This document shows positions 56,261 through 64,000 of a stretch of DNA of 64,000 bases, piece after piece. The stretch lies in contig OZ024763.1 in the NCBI GenBank assembly GCA_964016885.1, forward strand, positions 27,714,001 to 27,778,000, given 5' to 3'. The stretch's first letter is position 1. Each line of letters starts with the position of its first letter. This DNA is from Eledone cirrhosa (taxonomy: Eukaryota). A program made the position numbers and the translations under genes. A model generated the notes under the pieces. That model had not been told where the DNA came from and ran no database searches. It saw nothing but the letters and a program-made list of their open reading frames with translations.

Positions 56261-58542
56261 TTTTTTTTTACTCTTCTGAGGTATTCAGTTCTGGTTCTCT
56301 CCTTATTTATGGGTCCATCATATCTGACATTCTCATCCTGTCCAAGATATCTGTAGTTGTCACCTGACTGCAGAGGTTGTATTGTCAGGCCGTTCATATC
56401 TAGATTTCTAGAGGAGGGCACAGCTCTTCCACGTTTTACTGCCAAATATGCACACTTGGACTCACCAAATTTCATTTTGATGTCGGTTGAAAATTGTGTA
56501 ATGAGGTCCAATTGTTTCTTGATGTCATTGATATTTGGCCCATACAACTTCAGGTCATCAACAAAGAAAAGATGGGAGATACTTCTGGGCCCACTTCTTT
56601 GTCCACCTTGTTTCCTGAGTAGGTAAGATAGTGGATTCAGTGAGAGAACGAAGAGTAGTACTGACAAGCTATCACCCTGAAAGATGCCCTTCTGGTAATG
56701 TATCCTATCAGTCTTAACCTGCTCCTTCTCACCTCTAAGGATCAAATTGGTGTACCAGTTCTTGGTCAGGCGTTCAACAGCAGCTACTAATGGTTGTGGG
56801 ACTTTAGCTAACTGTAAAGCCTTAATAATCCACCCATGAGGTACACTATCAAATGCTTTTTGATAGTCCAGCCACACGACAGTCATGTTTCTGCGATTCT
56901 TTGTTGTTTTTTCCTGAATCATTTTGTTAGTTAGTAGGTGATCTATGCAACCCCACACCTCCCTCTTTCCACCAGCTTGCTCAGGTGTTATGATGTTGTT
57001 GGTAGCACAGTGATCCTGTAAGAACAGGTTAAGGCACCCAGTATATAATTTATACATGATGTTTTGGCAGGCAATTGGGCGGTAATTTTTAGCAAGGGTG
57101 GTTTGGCTATTTTTGGGAATGAGGAGAGTAGTGGCAGTTGATAACCATCTGGGCAGTTCTTGTGTGCCGTTAATGGTTTCTGTAAACAGCCGTATGAGAT
57201 CTTGCCGATAGAAAGTGAAATTCTTCAACCAGTATCCTGTAATGAGGTCTGGGCCTGGCGATTTCCTATTCGACATTTTCTGTAGAGCTGTTTCCAGTAT
57301 TGACCCATCTATGTCATATTGTTTTGTCTGGACATGTTGGCAGTAGTCCTGTTCCAGTTGTTTTAGCCAATTAGCTTGTCTGTTGAATCCGTCATCCGTT
57401 TCCCATACAGATCTCCAGTAGTTCTCAACCTGTTCTTTTGAAGGGGTGTCGTTTACAGGGATTGAGCTTTTGCCACCGAAGCTGCGATAAACTGATTTAG
57501 GATCTCTGGCAAACAATCTATTTAGCACTTGTCGTTTATGGGCTGTTGACTTATATTTTAGTCTTTCTGTTGTAGCTGTGAGTTGTTGTTTCAACTGGTG
57601 TAATTTGGAGTTCAAAGTTTTAAATTTGGTATCTCCAAATCGTCTCTCTAACTTTTTCTTTAGGTCTTCCTGGTGTCGTGTGAAGTTTCTCTCTATGTTG
57701 CATTTCATAACGACTGCGATGTGTGAGATACTTCGTCTCAGGGACAAAATTTTGGTTTTTAAATTTCGCATCCACGCTGGTTCAGGCTTTCTGTTTGTAT
57801 CTTGATTGCGTGGTTTTAGATGTGTGTTATATGATAGCAATGTGACAGCTGAAACATATAACAAAACATTGAGCGTTTCAAATGTCGTTTCTACACCTTT
57901 AGATCGTATAGCCTTCAGATAATTGCCAGCTATTTCGTTCACCGCTTCCAATTCCAATTTAGTGGGTTCTTTACTGACTCTAGTGTTGTATGGTCTGTCA
58001 CTCACATTAAGGCTGTGTATCTCTTGAAACATATCGTTCCATATCACTTGTAGGGTGCCCACAAGTTTTTGGTGCTCTGTTTGTTCAGTAGAGTCATGAA
58101 TTGCAGCCTCGTTGTTGATGTGGTGACAATTACTACTAGAGTCAGCTGACCTTTCTCGCTGTTCTTCAGTGGAAGTGGGATGGATTTCAGCAAAATTGTT
58201 GGTGAGCTGTTCACTGTTAGATTTAGCCGGCCATTCTCTTTGTCTGTCAGTGGAGGTGGGGTGGTTGTCTACAAGGGCTGTATTTGTAGTATCACTCGAT
58301 TCCGTTAGATGTATCAATTTACATCTAATGATACGTTTTGCCTGTTCATTTAGATGCTTTGGAGAAAAGTCTAATTCTGGGTGTTTGGAGTTCCATAAAG
58401 TTTTTAGCCTTTGCATAAAACCGAACTTTTGGGGTTCAGATTGTTTGTATGCTTCATATAATTCTTTGTTAAGCTCGTAGCTCCACTGTATACAACGGTT
58501 GTAATTGCGATTTGGTCGAAGGAGACTTGTACTTTTTGCCAT
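56191..58542 (-). CDS. Retrotransposon ORF, N-terminal part with reverse transcriptase (true frame ends ~56260)
   Basis: KSPGPD, NYRPIAC, EQAGG, WLDYQKAFDSVPH, GIFQGDSLS, LFFVDDLKLY, KFGESKC, YRYLG. Confidence 0.93.
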   Translation of the reverse strand: MAKSTSLLRPNRNYNRCIQWSYELNKELYEAYKQSEPQKFGFMQRLKTLWNSKHPELDFSPKHLNEQAKRIIRCKLIHLTESSDTTNTALVDNHPTSTDRQREWPAKSNSEQLTNNFAEIHPTSTEEQRERSADSSSNCHHINNEAAIHDSTEQTEHQKLVGTLQVIWNDMFQEIHSLNVSDRPYNTRVSKEPTKLELEAVNEIAGNYLKAIRSKGVETTFETLNVLLYVSAVTLLSYNTHLKPRNQDTNRKPEPAWMRNLKTKILSLRRSISHIAVVMKCNIERNFTRHQEDLKKKLERRFGDTKFKTLNSKLHQLKQQLTATTERLKYKSTAHKRQVLNRLFARDPKSVYRSFGGKSSIPVNDTPSKEQVENYWRSVWETDDGFNRQANWLKQLEQDYCQHVQTKQYDIDGSILETALQKMSNRKSPGPDLITGYWLKNFTFYRQDLIRLFTETINGTQELPRWLSTATTLLIPKNSQTTLAKNYRPIACQNIMYKLYTGCLNLFLQDHCATNNIITPEQAGGKREVWGCIDHLLTNKMIQEKTTKNRRNMTVVWLDYQKAFDSVPHGWIIKALQLAKVPQPLVAAVERLTKNWYTNLILRGEKEQVKTDRIHYQKGIFQGDSLSVLLFVLSLNPLSYLLRKQGGQRSGPRSISHLFFVDDLKLYGPNINDIKKQLDLITQFSTDIKMKFGESKCAYLAVKRGRAVPSSRNLDMNGLTIQPLQSGDNYRYLGQDENVRYDGPINKERTRTEYLRRVKKKYGHQNCQHTTNTLPTIPMLCQL

Positions 58543-59186
58543 GATGAGTTCGTCTATTCACTAATATTTTGTATTTATTTTTTTTTTAAATAGTCGATGA
58601 TCTTCTTTAAAAGTTACGACAAAGTTCTGTCAGAATCAAATTTAAAGTTATTCACAGCTTGGGTAATATTTCTTTTCAGTTAGTTTTTAATTCTACAACT
58701 GTGTTTTAAACGTTGTTCTTGAATCGTTTGAATCGAGAACAAAAAGAACCGTTACTTAGTATATTCCTTTACGAATGTAATATAATATAACAATGCTGTA
58801 TTTATATGTTAAAGTTTATGTATCATTCATATAAATAGGTGTTCTACAACATATTCACAACATTCACAGTTCAAACACTTATATTTTTGTTTCTGAATCG
58901 AAAACGTTACTTTTATATTTCTTTATAAATGTAATATAACAACGTTGCATTTATATGTTAAAGTGTATGTATCGTTCATATATCATAAGTGTATGTATCG
59001 TTCATATAAATAGGTGTTTTACAACACACTTACAGTTCAAACACTTATGTAGAATTATTGTATGTAATCTTACCGCGTAATGTAGCTCAACTTTTTCCAA
59101 TATATGGTATGTTGCCTTCATGTAAGCCGTAATTACACACGTCCAATTATCGGACACTGACCACAACGGTCGCCATTGTATGTATG

Positions 59187-59218
<32 letters not shown>

Positions 59219-59582
59219 TGTATGTATGTATGTATGTATGTATGTATGTACGTGCGTGCGTATGTATGTATGTATGTGTGTATGTGTTTATGTATGTATG
59301 TGTGTATGTATGTATGTAGAGAGAGATATGTGTTTGTGTGTGTATATATATATATATATATAAATGTCTATGTATACATAAATGTCTATGTATACATATG
59401 TCTGTATATATATACATACAGACATATGTATACATATATATACATATATAGACATATGTATATATATATATACATATATAGATGTAGATATATAGATATA
59501 TGTGTTTGTGTGTGTGTTTATATATATATAATTTATATATCCAAATATATATATATATAATTTATATATCCATATATACATA

Positions 59583-59700
<118 letters not shown>

Positions 59701-59751
59701 AAATAAAATAAAATAAATAAGTCAAATGTTAAAAATTTGGCTTCGTTTATT

Positions 59752-59806
59752 ACTGCTATATATATTTCGGTGACAGCCATCTTTGGCTGTGACCTCTTCA
59801 GGCAGT
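59752..59806 (-). ncRNA. Type I hammerhead ribozyme (family G)
   Basis: Minus: actgc-CTGAAGA-ggt.acagcca(aaga)tggctgt.acc-GAAATATATATA-gcagt. Lies between inverted ends 59698-59727 and 59912-59940; tail to ~60035. Confidence 0.88.
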
Positions 59807-60032
59807 CCGAATTAGTGTGGTAGAGACGAGTACATATGTTGTTGAGGTGTATAACTTTGTCAATTCTCTGATATGCCCAGTACCTGGTTGGGTTGTTATT
59901 TCACTGAGGAAATTTGACTTATTTATTTTATTTTATTTTACATTACTCCGAAGTAACCAAACCAACCTGCGCACATCGTCGAGTGCTCAAATCTGCATAC
60001 TGAGGTGTTGGTATACAACCAACATATACTCA

Positions 60033-60063
<31 letters not shown>

Positions 60064-60214
60064 TACCGACACATACACATGCATATACACATGTACACAC
60101 ACACACACACACACACAGACATATATATATATAATTATATATATATTATATAAAAATTATATAAATTATATAAAAAATAAACAAAGAAGCCTTTAATTCA
60201 TTAAACATCTTTAT

Positions 60215-60272
60215 TTGCTGATAATGTTTCGTCCCATTAGTTCGTCTCATTAGTAAGGACTCATCAGAGCAA
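60215..60272 (-). ncRNA. Type I hammerhead ribozyme (family H)
   Basis: Minus: ttgct-CTGATGA-GTCC...GGAC-GAAAC-att-ATC-agcaa. One mismatch in stem III. Confidence 0.8.
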
Positions 60273-60353
60273 GTAAAAAGACAAGAAGTATTAACGTCAT
60301 TTCTCTAATACGACGAGCGTGTTTAACTCTAATGCACTCAAGTCTTTTTATCT

Positions 60354-60440
<87 letters not shown>

Positions 60441-60442
<2 letters not shown>

Positions 60443-60542
60443 CAGTGTCCTAAAAACTGTATACACACTTCAACATCATTCAAATAAATATTGCGTGTAC
60501 AGGTAATCAAAGTGTGTATACATTTTTAGGGGACACCCTGCA
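60441..60542. mobile_element. ~100-bp MITE, Tc1/mariner-like termini
   Basis: TIRs cagtgtcctaaaaactgtatacacactt / aagtgtgtatacatttttaggggacaccctg, inserted at TA. Confidence 0.7.
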
Positions 60543-60789
60543 TATCTATATATACATATACGTATATAGTTACAGGTCCTTACGTCGTATTTGACTAAAT
60601 AGAATTAGCCTGTAAGTTTGGATTGTAAAAATAACCTCTGAATGGAAAAATGGATGAGGGATACGAACCCACATCTTTGGTTTGCCGGACCAAAGAAATA
60701 TCTGTAGGCTCATCCAGAATTATAGACATTTGACATCAGCGCCCCCACCCATAAAAAAATATAAGTAAAACACCTGCTTTGACAGTTAG

Positions 60790-61250
60790 TATAATGCCAA
60801 GGATCGGACGCCATGCTTTCCACCTTAGAATTACGTCCCTTTATGATCTGAGTTCAAATCCCGCCGAGGTTAACTTGGCCTTTCATCGTTACGGGGGTAG
60901 ATAACATAAAGTACCAGTAATGCACTGGGGTAATTGCTGGCCTTGTGCCAAAAGTAGAAACAGTTATTTTATCTATAGAGGGCGGCGGATTGGCAGTATC
61001 GGTAAAGGGTCGGACGCCATGAATTGCAGCATAGAGTTACGGCTCTTTATGGTCTGAGTTCAAATCCGGCCAAGTTTAACTTTGCCTTTTATCCTTACGG
61101 ATAAAATAAAGTACCAGTCACGCACTGGGGTTGATTTAATCGACTTTCTCCTCCCCCAAAAAATTGCTGGTCTTGTCCCTTTACAGTCTGAGTTCAGATC
61201 CCGCCGAGGTTAACTTTCCATGTCATCGTTAAGGTGTCGATGAAACTAAG
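60790..61250 (+). mobile_element. Three head-to-tail SINE copies (main family)
   Basis: B box gagttca(a/g)atcc at ~60850, ~61056 and ~61190, each followed by the same body. Confidence 0.85.
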
Positions 61251-61812
61251 TCTGGTGCAGAAGGTCAGTGGAACCCAAGCAGCACTAATATGAAGAGGTG
61301 TTAAAAGGCTCGGATAAACTCCTCCGATTCAACGGCCTTCAACGGGCCCAACTATAGGGTTCCTCCAACATGAGTGAAAAAGCCCTGGATTGGGTTCATT
61401 TGGACATATATACTGCGCAGGCAAGTGCATGTGGTACTTGTATATGTCTGTGTGCTTGTGTGGGAGCATGCATTTACGTATATGTGCCTTAAGATATGTA
61501 TCATTGCATTTATCTGCATATATTTTGATGCCCAAGTGTATAATTGCATACAATGATTATTTTCTCCTTTTTCCGTTCATGCCCAGGGGTAGGTGCACGT
61601 AATACAGAGACGTGTTCTAACCCTTTTATCTCCCTTCCACCACAATTTCGCAGGGACACATCGTCACAGTATTTTTACCCCACGCACACAAACACTTTTT
61701 TTTAACAGCGCCATCTTGTTTCAATATAGTTTCGTTTCAGGAATTGCATTAACAGATTCGTCCCTGACACAAATCAGTTTCTTGCAAAGAAACACACACA
61801 CACACGTACGTA

Positions 61813-62116
<304 letters not shown>

Positions 62117-62202
62117 GGGGCAACAAATTATTGTTTTTGTATAATAAACCGTGTCACTCTTCTTTCCTGATTTATATATATATCTATCTTTATATATATA
62201 TT

Positions 62203-62235
<33 letters not shown>

Positions 62236-62417
62236 GTGTATATGTATGTGTGTATATATATATATATAACAACGGACCACGCCATTTTTTCATTTATATA
62301 TATATACGGTCAAGTATGAAATGAAATTTGTAGAAATATGTTTTGTTTCTAGAAATTTTTACAAATTTCATACTTGACGATCCAATACTTATATATATAT
62401 ACATATATATATATATA

Positions 62418-62489
<72 letters not shown>

Positions 62490-63311
62490 TATACATGTAC
62501 ACGCTAATGTATGTGTGTGTGTAACAAGCAAAACACCTTGTACACAGAATCAACGCATCAGCGCGAGCAACAGGCGTTTTTGCAATCGAAAAGATGTCGT
62601 ATGTAATTGAAAGTAACAAGTCCTTTTTATAATTATTATAATTTATTCAAAAATGACAAATCCGTTTAATGACAACGGCTAAGAAGCCCTCAAAATTATT
62701 GAAATGAAATATGGAAGTAATACATATGTATGATAAAAATCACGTTTTCTCAGACCTAACTGGCGCCGTGGAAGTATCATTCGGCGTTCTGTTCGAAGTC
62801 TCTATGGTTTTAAAACCTAGTTTTGTTTTGTTTTATAGATTGTGACGTATAATTTCATCTAAGATACGTCTGTAGAATACTAATTTATATCGTAGATGCA
62901 GTATAGTCGAATGATACAAAGGTTTGCATCTTAACCGTATGGCCCCGGGCTTCATACCACAGCCAGGCGTTCTCGGGCTAGCGTCTTATACCACACAGGC
63001 CTGTCAACACTCCCAGTCCGATGGGGGGTGATCTCCCACCCACTCTGGAGTGGATGAGAGATGTCTTCTCTTGTGAAAGAGGGTATAGCTTTCATTATGT
63101 AAAAATCTTCCCATTTTGCCTGATTTTCCTCCATTTTCGGTCACTTTTTTCATGGTACTCTCCATTTGGGTTTTTAGAGGTTGGCAGGTCTGACCACACG
63201 ACAATGACCTCAGGTTGACCCGAGTCTTGTTAGTGGAATTGAATAAATGTAAAAGGAATCTGTTTGGAAACTGGTTTTAAATTGTTTATATTTATCTAAA
63301 ATCTTCCATCA

Positions 63312-63880
63312 TGTGGATTGGCAATATCGGTAGAGGGTCGGACGCCATGCTTTCCAGCATAGTTACGTCCCTTTACGATCTGAGTTCAAATCCCGCCGAG
63401 GTTGACTTTGCCTTTCATCCTTACGGGGTCGATAAAATAAAGTACCAGTGATGCACTGGGTAATTGCTGGCCTTGTGCTTAAAGTAGAAACAATTATTTT
63501 ATGTAAAGGGTGGTGGATTGGCAGTATCGGTAGGGGGTCGGACGCCATCCTTTGATGCATAGAGTTACGACCCTTTCCAATCTGAGTTCAAATCCCGCCG
63601 AGGTTAACTTTGCCTTTCATCCTTACGGGGCCGATAAAATAAAGTACCAGTAATGCACTGGGTAATTGCTGGCCTTGTGCCAAAAGTAGAAACAATTATT
63701 TTATGTAAAGAACCTTTATCCAGTTATGATCAAAATACCAGTTTAGTAACGGTTTCTGATTGAGAATAGGAGGAAATCGATAAAATCGACTCCTGTGCAT
63801 AATTGGTACTTTGTTTTATCGACCCTGTAAGGACGTAAGGCAAAGCTAACCTCGACGAGATTGGAATTCAGAACGGAAAC
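63312..63880. mobile_element. Two tandem plus-strand SINEs (~198-bp spacing) and one inverted partial copy
   Basis: ggattggca.tatcggtag at ~63315 and ~63515; minus-strand body at 63765-63880. Confidence 0.85.
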
Positions 63881-64000
63881 ACCAGTTTAATAATTAGAAA
63901 GAGTTTATTTTGTAATTATGAATTTACTATACAGTATAACACTACTGTACTATGCATGCATAGTCCTGTAACTCCGGAGGGAGTCATAAGGACGCCATAT

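Larger units (their letters stand above)
54952..59177 (-). mobile_element. Apparently full-length R4/Dong-type non-LTR retrotransposon inserted in (TACA)n
   Basis: Single-ORF architecture RT-CCHC-RLE with no APE domain; ~635-nt 5'UTR and ~80-nt 3'UTR; (TATG)n immediately on both sides. Confidence 0.9.

Noticed and set aside
62952-63218. Short ORFs in higher-complexity sequence
   Set aside because: No recognisable domain; an exon cannot be excluded without RNA-seq.

Overview
This is eukaryotic, extremely microsatellite-rich non-coding DNA. The repeat landscape suggests a cephalopod (octopus-like) genome, which is an inference. No host protein-coding gene is supportable, and almost all ORFs in the track are translations of simple repeats. 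The only long real coding region is a ~4.2 kb, apparently full-length R4/Dong-type non-LTR retrotransposon (RT, CCHC knuckle, restriction-like endonuclease; minus strand 54952-59177; one frameshift in a homopolymer) sitting in (TACA)n, with a 5'-truncated copy also in (TACA)n. The main hidden signal is a set of about ten distinct families of short, non-coding elements embedded in (TA)n tracts, many of them fold-back palindromes. They carry type I hammerhead ribozyme folds read by eye (stem I, CUGANGA, stem II, GAAA, stem III, NUH), as expected for terminal repeats of Penelope-like elements. Two unrelated families use a compensatory U3-A8 core (UUGANAA). The window also holds tRNA-derived SINEs, a 140-bp satellite built from a SINE head, a minisatellite built from RTE coding sequence, RTE, Tx1-like and Dong fragments, a ~610-bp non-coding retroposon family, two MITEs and several VNTRs.
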